Shown: positions 1-8,872 of the stretch, piece by piece
How the letters are laid out: each line of letters opens with the position of its first letter
How positions within the stretch are numbered: position 1 is the stretch's first letter
From: an uncultured Clostridia bacterium
GTDB taxonomy: Bacteria > Bacillota > Clostridia > Christensenellales > UBA1242
Assembly (NCBI GenBank): GCA_944349765.1
Contig: CALVNN010000003.1
Location: 5,786-69,785, forward strand
DNA: 64,000 nucleotides
Direction of reading: 5' to 3'
Notes under the pieces: model-generated
Seen by the model: the letters and a program-made list of their open reading frames with translations, nothing else
Told to the model about the DNA's origin: nothing
Databases searched by the model: none
Program-made: the position numbers and the translations under genes

Positions 1-1200
1 TTTTCTAATCACGCTTTTCCATTGTTTATGTTTACAAAAAGGCTGTATAAAAAATTAAGTCAAAATAATATAAAAGACGTATTCTTTATATCACGGGAAG
101 GACAATATCTAAAAAAGTTATTTGATACTTACGTAAGTATAATTAAAGAAAAATATTCTATAAATGTTGGTATAAATACTCATTATTTGTACGCTTCTCG
201 AAATTCTATGTTGTGTGCTAGTTTGAATGAGTTAGATAAAGAAGATTTTTATTATTTATTTAGGTCTTCTTCTAGTATGAGTATAAGAAATTTTTTGCTA
301 ACATTAGATTTTAGTGATGAGCAAATTATAAGTGTTCAAAATAATTTGCAGATTGATATAGACAAGAAAATAAAAAATTTCGCAAACTCAAAGGGCTTTT
401 ATCTGCTTAAGCGTAACCAACAATTTAGAGAAATTTACAATCAGAAAAGACAAGACCAAAGGCTTGCTTTTACTAAATATTTTGAAGAGTTTGGCGTAAA
501 TGTAGAGCGTGACGGATTTGTAATGGTGGATGTCGGTTGGAAAGGCACTATGCAAGACTTATTTAATAAATATTTTGAAGGAAAGGTTTCTATACTTGGT
601 TACTATGTCGGTAATAAAGGTAAATCTACAAGACGTAGTCAAAAATATGGATTGCTGTATGACAAATATAATAAAAAATTGATTGGTAATTCTATCAATA
701 AACATACTATATTTAATTACGAACAAATTTGCAGAGCTGATCACAATAGATGTAATGGCTATTCATTAGTGGATGGTAAGGCGAAGGTATTGTTTGACGA
801 TAAATTAAATGATACTTTGATATATAAGCGAATTACTGAACCTATGCAAAATCTTATATTAGAAAAATTCAAAAAGATAGCTTACATGGATGATTTATCT
901 TTGTCTAATATAGATAATGTAGCGACATACATGTATTATAATTTAATATTACATAAATCCAAAGAAGATTGGGAATGGTTGTTTAATTGTCAAGATTCAC
1001 ACCACGATAACTTTGGCGATATTAAATATCCATTTAAGGTCGTTAAGAAAAATTTGAGAATGTTTGGATTTAGGGCGTTGGATTTAATGTTTATTATTTT
1101 CAATTACGGAAAAATTAAAAATCTTGTTAATAAAGGAATAAAATCACAAGTCAAAACTTGTGATTTTATTTTTATAAATTTGAAATCTTTATTTGTTTAA
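1..1200 (+). CDS. hypothetical protein, probably truncated at the window edge; possibly a HAD-superfamily-like hydrolase (weak)
   Basis: The reading frame is open from nt 1 (FSNHAFPLFMF...), so the TTG at 22 need not be the start. Motifs FISREGQYLKKLFD and VMVDVGWKGTMQ loosely recall COG5610-type HAD proteins. Function is not established. Confidence 0.4.
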   Translation, partial: FSNHAFPLFMFTKRLYKKLSQNNIKDVFFISREGQYLKKLFDTYVSIIKEKYSINVGINTHYLYASRNSMLCASLNELDKEDFYYLFRSSSSMSIRNFLLTLDFSDEQIISVQNNLQIDIDKKIKNFANSKGFYLLKRNQQFREIYNQKRQDQRLAFTKYFEEFGVNVERDGFVMVDVGWKGTMQDLFNKYFEGKVSILGYYVGNKGKSTRRSQKYGLLYDKYNKKLIGNSINKHTIFNYEQICRADHNRCNGYSLVDGKAKVLFDDKLNDTLIYKRITEPMQNLILEKFKKIAYMDDLSLSNIDNVATYMYYNLILHKSKEDWEWLFNCQDSHHDNFGDIKYPFKVVKKNLRMFGFRALDLMFIIFNYGKIKNLVNKGIKSQVKTCDFIFINLKSLFV

Positions 1201-2448
1201 ATCCTTAAGTCCTTCTCGGCCAACCGTAGTATTATCTTCGTTTCGGTTGTTTAATTCCTCAATAGGGTGGGCACTTTCTTGATAACGGTAATCTTCTCCG
1301 AATTTTTCAATACTCATATTAATTACTTGATGACTCGGCACACTCTCTGTATCCGAATTGATCTTTCGTTGATATTCAAAGAAGAGTGATTTGCTCGGAA
1401 GTTTTTCGTTGTCTATATAGTCTTCTTCATCACTAGTCAAACGAACTGTATCTAATATGACATCTCTGATATATTCCTTATTCTCTCCAAACTTTAAAAG
1501 AGTAGGAAAGTCGGGTTTGGGAAGTATATCTTTGTAAGTCTTTTTCTCATATTTTCCTAAAAGCTCGCTAGCGAGTTTTAAATGTGCTACTTCCATATAA
1601 AAGTGATCTTCCCATATATTCTTAATATATTTATCTGTTTCATCCTGCATCATTGAATAGTATAAGTATGCTTCTGTATATTCGTGCATTACCCAAGATT
1701 CAAGCCAAGTACAGGTAGGATCTTTTAGGGATTCGTATTGAGATACGTGTTGTTCTTCAATAAGAGCAATTTCGCTATACAGCTTTCTTCCGTGGTCGTT
1801 TGGATAAAAATTTGCCAAATTCATATAAAAATTCATTGTTTGTTGTTCAGCAGCTGTTATGATATTAGACACTAATATTGATTGTGGGTTAGCAGTACTA
1901 TTATCAAGACAACGCTTTATATTGTCGGTTGGGTATCTATGTTCGGAAATAGTAGGTCTACCTGGCATAATTTCGGTTAGTTTTCCTACTAAATGTTCAG
2001 ACTCAATACCATAGTCCATTTTTAATAAATTAGCAAATCTGTACAAATGGTCAAAATCTTCAAGTAAAGCAAAATTTAAAGCTTTGATATTATCTTCATT
2101 AGTTTCATTCTTTGCTAAAACGGCAGTTAGCTCAATAGCTAGTTGCTCGTAAGAAATGGTAGTTTCAAGCATATTTTCATCCTTTGGCTTTAAACTGGCA
2201 ATACGTTTTTGCTGTTGTTGTTCTTGTGCTCGAATTATAGCTAAATGTTTCTTTATCTCTGGTTCATCGCAATGTCTAGCAAATTGATGTAAAAACCAAT
2301 TTGATTCAAATTCTGTCCCGTTCATAAGTATTACACGAACTTTTGTAAATGGGTCAGTATTTGTTTTGTCGTATGGTTTGCTGTACATTTTTGACCAATT
2401 CATAAAATAGTCATTGACGTCTTTGGATTTTACCTCAAATGGATTCAT
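1189..2448 (-). CDS. ferritin-like (di-iron carboxylate type) domain protein
   Basis: Start moved to the ATG at 2448 (MNPFEVK), which sits 8 nt after a GGAGG. Two E..H-type motifs (LEDFDHLYRF, IEEQHVSQYE) are typical of ferritin-like four-helix bundles. Confidence 0.5.
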   Translation of the reverse strand: MNPFEVKSKDVNDYFMNWSKMYSKPYDKTNTDPFTKVRVILMNGTEFESNWFLHQFARHCDEPEIKKHLAIIRAQEQQQQKRIASLKPKDENMLETTISYEQLAIELTAVLAKNETNEDNIKALNFALLEDFDHLYRFANLLKMDYGIESEHLVGKLTEIMPGRPTISEHRYPTDNIKRCLDNSTANPQSILVSNIITAAEQQTMNFYMNLANFYPNDHGRKLYSEIALIEEQHVSQYESLKDPTCTWLESWVMHEYTEAYLYYSMMQDETDKYIKNIWEDHFYMEVAHLKLASELLGKYEKKTYKDILPKPDFPTLLKFGENKEYIRDVILDTVRLTSDEEDYIDNEKLPSKSLFFEYQRKINSDTESVPSHQVINMSIEKFGEDYRYQESAHPIEELNNRNEDNTTVGREGLKDLNK

Positions 2449-2757
2449 ATTATTTTTACCTCCTTGTTTTATAATTACCAAAAATGCTTGCTTTTAAACG
2501 CTAATTAACTTTAAAATTTTTATAAGTAATTGCTTCTTATTTGATAAATTTTTTAAAATTTGTTAGTATAAATTAGCTTAAAACGACACATTAATCAGTC
2601 TTTATGGCATATATTTTATTGCCGATAATAGATTGATTTTAAGAATTTATGAGCTTAGCAATTATAGCTTTATAGGTCTTATGGATGAAACGGCAATGAG
2701 GGCAAAGTTGCTGTTTTTTTGTTTTTTATGCAATTTTAAGTAATACAAGGAGGATTT

Positions 2758-3034
2758 ATGATTTCAAAAATATAAAAATAGAATGATTATTGTTTTGACT
2801 GCTTTTGCAGCTTTTTTGGCAACATTTAATGAAACATTTTTAAATATTGCTTTTGACAGTATTTGTGCTAGCTTTGGGGTAGAGTTTTCCTTAGTTCAGT
2901 GGCTTGCGACGGCTTATATGCTGGGGGCTGCTATAATGATACCAGTGTCATCTTTTTTGTATAGGAAGATACCTACTAAAGTGTTATTTTTGTGCACGTT
3001 AGGATTTTTGATTGTGGGTAGTATTGTTGCTTGA
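2758..3034 (+). pseudogene. remnant of a DHA2/EmrB-type MFS transporter (N-terminal ~85 codons only)
   Basis: A strong RBS (AAGGAGG) precedes the ATG at 2758, but that frame stops after 5 codons. The MFS-like TM1-TM2 sequence (LTAFAAFLATFNETFLNIAF...WLATAYMLGAAIMIPVS) resumes in another frame at 2783 and ends at codon 83, followed by a hairpin. A full MFS has 12-14 TM segments. Confidence 0.6.
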
Positions 3035-3262
3035 ATTTTGCTATTAATATGGTAAATAAAGACCTTTCAAATTAATTTTTCAAGCTAAAGATCATTTCTT
3101 TAGCTTTTTTGTATAAAAATTCATAAAAATTGTAAAAAATTGTAAAAATTTACTTTTTGTAAGCTTTATAGTTGATTTTAAAGGGTAAAAATGTTATTAT
3201 TAAATAGTTTTAGGGCATTAAATATCATAAAAAGTGGCATTTTATATATAAAGTAGGTAAAT

Positions 3263-4678
3263 ATGAAATATGATGATAAGGATTTAGATACAAAATACAA
3301 TGAGTTTGTAGATAATAGCGAACAAATACATTTGAATTGCAATAGTAAGGAAGAACTAGATGTTTTTAATATTTATCAACTCAGATATTTAGGGTGGCAG
3401 GTAGGAGTACGACGTCCAACCACCTATAAAAAAGCTGAATTAATTGATGAGATATGGAGTGTATATACTGGTGAGAAAAAGCCACATATAAAAGCCTCCA
3501 AAAAAGGTAATTCTTCCAAAAATTTAGAGAAACTACAGGGGTTGACCCAAAAAGTTGATGAGTCGTCTTTAAGCGATAAATTCTCATTGACAAAGTCGCA
3601 AATACTTACTTTAAATAGTAGTTCGTATGATTTTGAGAGGGCTGAAGAACTTTCTAAAGTTGACGTGTGTGGATTGGTGTTAAAACAACAAGAATACTAT
3701 GTGCTTATTCCAAATAATTGGTGTGATGACGTTTATTTTATTCCAAATATTGTCGTAGAAAAATACCATTTAAGTACTGGTGACTATATAGAGGCTAAGG
3801 CTGAGAGTAAGGAAGACTTTAATCGTTTGATAGTCACTAAAGTGATAAATATTAATGGCAACCCTATAGATTATTCTACAAACATAGACTTTATGGTTGC
3901 AAAACCTATTGATACTAAGAAAGAATTATTCGTATCTACAAATGAAGTCGAAAAATCTGTACTAAATACTATTTGCCCTATCAAAACTGGTGATAGAGTT
4001 ATCATTTGTGCAAATGATAAACTAGAGCTAGTTACTGGAATTTATTCTATTGTAAAAAAATTATCTCTTAATCCTAATAATGAAATAGTGTGTATATTGT
4101 TAAATTCAACACCTGAGCATATAAAAGTTTTTGAAAATATTGAAAATATAAGATTAATTTCTGCTTCGTTTGATGTGGACGACGTGTGTCAAACTGGTCA
4201 ATTCGAATTAGCCTTAAAACACATTCAGCGTTTAGTAACAAAGACGGAAAAAAATGTCATAGAAATTGTGGTGGATATAGATAATGTTATTTCAGAGTTT
4301 AAAAAAGCTAATATATCTAAAGAAGATTGTATGAAATTGTTAGACCAAAATTTTAGTCTAGCTAAAAATATTCAAAATAATTCCTTGACAATTATGTATG
4401 GAATGTTATACAATAATGATGGTTATTTGGAATTCAATGGAACGGAAAATGTCAAGATTGCTCTAACTGATAGGCAAATGCTTACTATCAGTGACTACAA
4501 GATAGATATTTTAAATACTTATCGTACTGATATGTCGTCTTTGTACGAAATAAATGAGCTAGACAAGGCAATTAGGACATTTGTCGCTTTGGGTGATTAC
4601 AATTCGCAACACTTGAAATTCGAACAAATAATGAAGTCGTGCAGTAGTGTAAAGGATTTACTTGAAAAATTAAAATAG
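3263..4678 (+). CDS. Rho-like protein (Rho_N plus CSD-like RNA-binding plus RecA-fold architecture) with a degenerate Walker A motif
   Basis: The protein lines up with E. coli Rho (from memory). [27 protein letters not shown] matches [50 protein letters not shown] matches [36 protein letters not shown] matches LLIDERPEEVTEM. The GKT P-loop is absent. Confidence 0.6.
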   Translation: [471 protein letters not shown]

Positions 4679-4692
4679 TAGGGAGATGTTTT

Positions 4693-4893
4693 ATGATTTT
4701 TGAACCACCTGTTGAAGAAATGGTTGATAAAGTAGGTAATGGCTATTTACTAGCAAATTTAATGGCTAAGAGAGCGAAGATGTTATTCCAACATCCGACT
4801 GAAGAGTTGGAGAATGGTACTAAGACTGAATTGCAGATTGCCGCAGAAGAGATTTATGCTGGTAAAGTAGTAATAGATGATACTCAAGCTTAA
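4693..4893 (+). CDS. rpoZ: DNA-directed RNA polymerase subunit omega
   Basis: 66 aa. PPVEEMVDKVGNGYLLANLMAKRAKML matches the conserved RpoZ N-terminus (B. subtilis [27 protein letters not shown]). A GGGAG RBS lies upstream. Confidence 0.85.
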   Translation: MIFEPPVEEMVDKVGNGYLLANLMAKRAKMLFQHPTEELENGTKTELQIAAEEIYAGKVVIDDTQA

Positions 4894-4911
4894 GCTTAAA
4901 GGAGGGTGTGT

Positions 4912-5544
4912 ATGAATTTTGCGTATGACTTTATAGGTGAGGCAAAAGCTCTGGGGACGAGAAAAAACTCATTGAGCGGTTTCTTAGCCTTTATCTATAA
5001 TTGGTTTGGACGAATTGGCTTTTGGATTTTTGGCCCGATGGTTGTAGATACGGCAATTGTATTATTGGTGATGTATTTTGCTATGAGACCTGAGCAACTT
5101 GAAGTTTTCCATGTGATCATAATGCTCGTAGCTGTAGTAGCATTGTTGTTTATTATAGGTTATGTAGTTAGGTATATCTATAGATCTAGTAAAGGTAAAG
5201 CAGGTATTATCTACAGTGAGCAAAGAATTATTAATATACTTCAGATAGAAAACAATGAAGTAAAATACTCACTTAATAAATTTAATAAGACTCAAGATTC
5301 TACAGAAAAAGTATACGCACTAAACTATATATTGTTGAGTATAGAAGACGCTATTGATGTGGTTGAAGAAGAACTAGATAGGATGAATGGAAAAATGCAA
5401 GATATTGATGAAGGCTTAAAAGCTATATATAATAGCGAGTATGAATACATAGAATCTTTGTATGAAAGATTGGTATCTAAGTACAATGATATGGTAAAAG
5501 AACGAAAAGAATTTATAAAAGAAAATAATCTTAATATTGAGTAA
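4912..5544 (+). CDS. membrane protein with a C-terminal coiled-coil region, function unknown
   Basis: Start moved to the ATG at 4912, downstream of an AGGAGG. Two to three hydrophobic helices are followed by a charged helical tail. Terminator at 5551-5575. Confidence 0.6.
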   Translation: MNFAYDFIGEAKALGTRKNSLSGFLAFIYNWFGRIGFWIFGPMVVDTAIVLLVMYFAMRPEQLEVFHVIIMLVAVVALLFIIGYVVRYIYRSSKGKAGIIYSEQRIINILQIENNEVKYSLNKFNKTQDSTEKVYALNYILLSIEDAIDVVEEELDRMNGKMQDIDEGLKAIYNSEYEYIESLYERLVSKYNDMVKERKEFIKENNLNIE

Positions 5545-5550
5545 AAATTA

Positions 5551-5575
5551 CCCACATATATATGTGGGATTTTTA
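5551..5575 (+). terminator. rho-independent terminator
   Basis: CCCACATATA/TATGTGGG stem followed by a T-run. Confidence 0.8.
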
Positions 5576-5744
5576 TTATATACAGATAAGTTGATTTGAT
5601 GTAATTTCATCAGCAATTGATTAAAAAAATAATCAATCTTTAGTGATAAAATTTGAAATGCACACTGATTTTTTTATTTTGCATCTTGACTTATTTGTCT
5701 TTATAATATATACTTAAATTAATATAAGTTAGGAGCTTAAATCT

Positions 5745-6557
5745 ATGAGTAAATCAAATGCGGATAGTTATTTCAAAGAATTTTACCTTGACTCTATAGT
5801 CCATGAGCTGGATAAAGAATTAAAGTCTCAAGGTAAGTTTAAGAAATTTATGCATGACTTCAAATATTTGCGTGGTGTAGGCGGTATTAGCTCTCGTATA
5901 CTTGCTAGTGCTACTGCTGGTCCGCTAATTACATATTTTATTGTTCAAAATGGGTTCTTGCCATATGTTATGTCTTTAGGGCTTTGTGGTGCTTTCTTAG
6001 TAATACCACCAGTTATCAGAAGAACAGTGCTTAAAAATAAGGCAAATAATGACCAAATATTTAAGGCAATATATAATATGAAAGAAGATTTGGATGCTTC
6101 TATTTACAATATAAAGCGTGGGGTAAGAGATTTACAAAAAGCAGTAAATGACCAACGTCGTACGCATAGTAATAATGTTACGCAAAAGCTAGAAGCTATG
6201 GATTATATTTGTGGACCACTTAAAAGCTCTGTAAAATACTTCAACAATGAGATTGAACATTTGCAAGAGGTTGCTTCATCGACTAAGGATGCTAAATTAA
6301 AGTCACGTATTGATGATTTTGTTGAAAAAGCAACGGAGTGGAAAGAGCATCTTGAGTATTTGTACGATGAATCAATGTACGCTGCATATTATATAAATGA
6401 CAATGCTGAATATGAAGAAGATCGTGAATTAGGTAATAAGATAATAATGTATGCTGGTGGTTTGCCATACAAATCAGTTGCTTGTGGGACTTCCAAGAAC
6501 ATTGAATATGAAAATGTAGTACAAAACCGCCCAAGGGATATTGAATTAGGTAGATAA
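5745..6557 (+). CDS. membrane protein with a long helical cytoplasmic region, function unknown
   Basis: AGGAG RBS upstream. Two central hydrophobic helices are followed by a coiled-coil-like region. No recognisable family. Confidence 0.6.
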   Translation: MSKSNADSYFKEFYLDSIVHELDKELKSQGKFKKFMHDFKYLRGVGGISSRILASATAGPLITYFIVQNGFLPYVMSLGLCGAFLVIPPVIRRTVLKNKANNDQIFKAIYNMKEDLDASIYNIKRGVRDLQKAVNDQRRTHSNNVTQKLEAMDYICGPLKSSVKYFNNEIEHLQEVASSTKDAKLKSRIDDFVEKATEWKEHLEYLYDESMYAAYYINDNAEYEEDRELGNKIIMYAGGLPYKSVACGTSKNIEYENVVQNRPRDIELGR

Positions 6558-6593
6558 AAAGCTTAAGCATTTGATGCTTAAGCTTTTTTGTTA

Positions 6594-6914
6594 CTAATAT
6601 GATATGAGTGGATAAATTACTAGTATCATAATAATATACATGATGATGCTTAAAACTATCCCTGAAATAAAACCAATTAAGGCACCTTTACCAGCTATTG
6701 AAGCGTTGTTTGGGGCAGTGTCTTTCCATACTAAGTATAGAATAAGTCCAATAAGAGGGAAGAAAAATCCCAAAAATCCCCAGCCTATACTACCTGAATC
6801 CTTAGATTTTTTTATAGGAGTAGTATCGTTGCTAGTTTGTTTTAGTATTTTTCCGCAGTTAAGGCAAACATCAGCATTATCATTTACTTCGTGTCCGCAA
6901 TTTTGACAGTACAT
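6594..6914 (-). CDS. zinc-ribbon domain membrane protein
   Basis: Start moved to the ATG at 6914 (MYCQNCGHEVNDNADVCLNCGK), downstream of an AAGGAG. A CxxC...CxxC ribbon is followed by two TM helices. Confidence 0.7.
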   Translation of the reverse strand: MYCQNCGHEVNDNADVCLNCGKILKQTSNDTTPIKKSKDSGSIGWGFLGFFFPLIGLILYLVWKDTAPNNASIAGKGALIGFISGIVLSIIMYIIMILVIYPLISY

Positions 6915-6978
6915 AAAAGTCTCCTTAAATTTGTTGAAATGATTGTAGCTCAATCTAGATTAAGCATAACATATGATT

Positions 6979-7974
6979 TTATTTATTGCAAGATAAATTT
7001 TTATAAACCTCCACAGCAAGTGCAACAGTAGCACCTACCATAGGGTTGTTTCCCATACCTATAAAACCCATCATTTCGACGTGTGCAGGTACAGATGAAC
7101 TCCCAGCGAATTGTGCGTCGCAGTGCATGCGTCCCATAGTGTCGGTTAGTCCGTAGCTAGCTGGTCCAGCTGCTACATTATCAGGATGAAGTGTCCTACC
7201 CGTACCTCCGCCTGAAGCTACAGAGAAGTAAGGTCTATTATTATTTACGCACCATTTCATATAAGTGCCGGCGACAGGATGTTGAAATCTCATAGGGTTG
7301 GTGCTATTGCCAGTGATAGATATATCGACGTTTTCATGTATCATAATAGCCACACCTTCTTCTACATCATACGCACCAAAAATGCGGATATTGCTTCTAG
7401 GTCCTGTACCAAATTTAATTTCATTCACTATTTCGAGTTTATCCTTTTCGTGGATAAACTTAGTTTTTACATAAGTAAAACCATTTATTCTAGCTATTAT
7501 ATATGCAGCATCTTTGCCAAGGCCATTGAGTATTACTTTGAGTGGCGTTTTTCGAACTTTGTTGGCGTTGCTTGCAATACCTATTGCACCTTCAGCAGCG
7601 GCAAATGATTCGTGTCCAGCCAAAAAGCAAAAGCATTTTGTATCTTCATCAAGTAGTTGACTGGCAAGCTTCCCGTGGCCTACTCCGACTTTTCTTTGCC
7701 ATGCTACAGATCCAGGAGTGCAAAAAGCTTGAAGACCTTCACCTATTGCTAAGGCTATGTCTTTAGGGGAGTCTAAATTTTTTTTGATAGCTATGGCACA
7801 GCCAAGAGTATATGCTTCTATGGCATCGTCAAAAGCAATAGGTTGTACGCCCTTTACAATGTCAGCTACGTTGATGTTTTTATCAAGACAGATTTTTTTA
7901 GCTTCGTCGATATCTTTTATATTATATAACTTTAATGTTTCTTTTATGCTCGCTTGTTTTTTAATTGATGCCAT
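6979..7974 (-). CDS. GGGtGRT family protein (conserved, function unknown)
   Basis: Contains the literal signature VASGGGTGRTLHPDN, encoded near 7200-7222. At 331 aa it is typical for this family. Confidence 0.8.
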   Translation of the reverse strand: MASIKKQASIKETLKLYNIKDIDEAKKICLDKNINVADIVKGVQPIAFDDAIEAYTLGCAIAIKKNLDSPKDIALAIGEGLQAFCTPGSVAWQRKVGVGHGKLASQLLDEDTKCFCFLAGHESFAAAEGAIGIASNANKVRKTPLKVILNGLGKDAAYIIARINGFTYVKTKFIHEKDKLEIVNEIKFGTGPRSNIRIFGAYDVEEGVAIMIHENVDISITGNSTNPMRFQHPVAGTYMKWCVNNNRPYFSVASGGGTGRTLHPDNVAAGPASYGLTDTMGRMHCDAQFAGSSSVPAHVEMMGFIGMGNNPMVGATVALAVEVYKNLSCNK

Positions 7975-8638
7975 TTTTCACCTCACGTGGGTCAACAAAT
8001 TTTACCCCATCTTCATATCTGCCATAGGTCTTAGTGCTTTGTTTTACAGCGTCGGTATTTGAAGCTTGTCTAAGTTTGGTTAGTAATTCGCTCGTATCAA
8101 TATACTCATAACCTATTATTTCATTATTAGCATCCAAAGCTAATTTAGTGATATACCCTTCGGCTGTGTTTAGGTAGATAGGACCATCATTTATATTTGA
8201 ATAAATAGTCCCAACACTACTGCATTTGCTTTTACCTAAGTCGTCAAGTGCCGAACCTATCTCTAGTCCGTTTTCGCTGTAAGCTGACTGGCTACGACCA
8301 TATACTAGTTGTAAAAAGACCTTTTTCATAGCGACATTGATGGCGTCACATACCAAATCTGTATTAAGTGCTTCAAGCAAGGTCTTGCCCGGTAGTATTT
8401 CGCCAGCCATAGCCGCAGATTGAGTCATACCACTACAGCCGATAGTCTCGACTAGTGCTTCAACTATAATACCTTTTTTTACATTTATAGTGAGTTTACA
8501 AGCTCCTTGCTGTGGTGCACATCCACCTACGCCGTGGCTAAATCCACTAATATCTTCAATTTTTTTTGCTTGTACCCATTCGCCCTCAACGGGGATAGGT
8601 GAAGCCCCTTGAGCTTTGCAAAAAGAAATTTTATCCAT
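7961..8638 (-). CDS. IscU/NifU-N-like iron-sulfur scaffold-fold protein with a C-terminal extension
   Basis: GGCAPQQGACKL, ETIGCSGMTQSAA, GKTLLEAL and LVCDAIN line up with the IscU motifs ACGDVMKL, TYGCGSAIASSS, GKSLDEA and HCSILAEDAI, with three Cys retained. It overlaps the downstream GGGtGRT gene by 14 nt. Confidence 0.65.
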   Translation of the reverse strand: MDKISFCKAQGASPIPVEGEWVQAKKIEDISGFSHGVGGCAPQQGACKLTINVKKGIIVEALVETIGCSGMTQSAAMAGEILPGKTLLEALNTDLVCDAINVAMKKVFLQLVYGRSQSAYSENGLEIGSALDDLGKSKCSSVGTIYSNINDGPIYLNTAEGYITKLALDANNEIIGYEYIDTSELLTKLRQASNTDAVKQSTKTYGRYEDGVKFVDPREVKNGIN

Positions 8639-8872
8639 AAATGCTCCTTAAATTTTGTATATAATATTTATTATAACCATTAAACCTAAAAAAAGCAAAT
8701 GTTGTAGATAAATTGGTGAAAAAATGCTTAATTAATGGTAAAATTTTTACAACAAAACATAAATTTGTACAAATTTTCACATTTTTGAATAAAAATTGTA
8801 CAAAAATAGTTGAGTTTTTAAAAATTATTTGTTATTATGTCACTACAAAACAACAATTTGAGGAGATTTTGT

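Noticed and set aside
3125-3151. Tandem AAAATTGTAAAAA repeat upstream of the Rho-like gene, similar to the TTGTACAAA sites at 8765/8796
   Set aside because: It is short and A/T-only, and it lacks the central palindrome (TGTAAA versus TGTACA). It is most likely compositional.
7279-8062. Three plus-strand ORFs (7279-7608, 7542-7766, 7757-8062)
   Set aside because: All lie antisense to the well-supported GGGtGRT and IscU-like genes. They have no RBS and no family resemblance.
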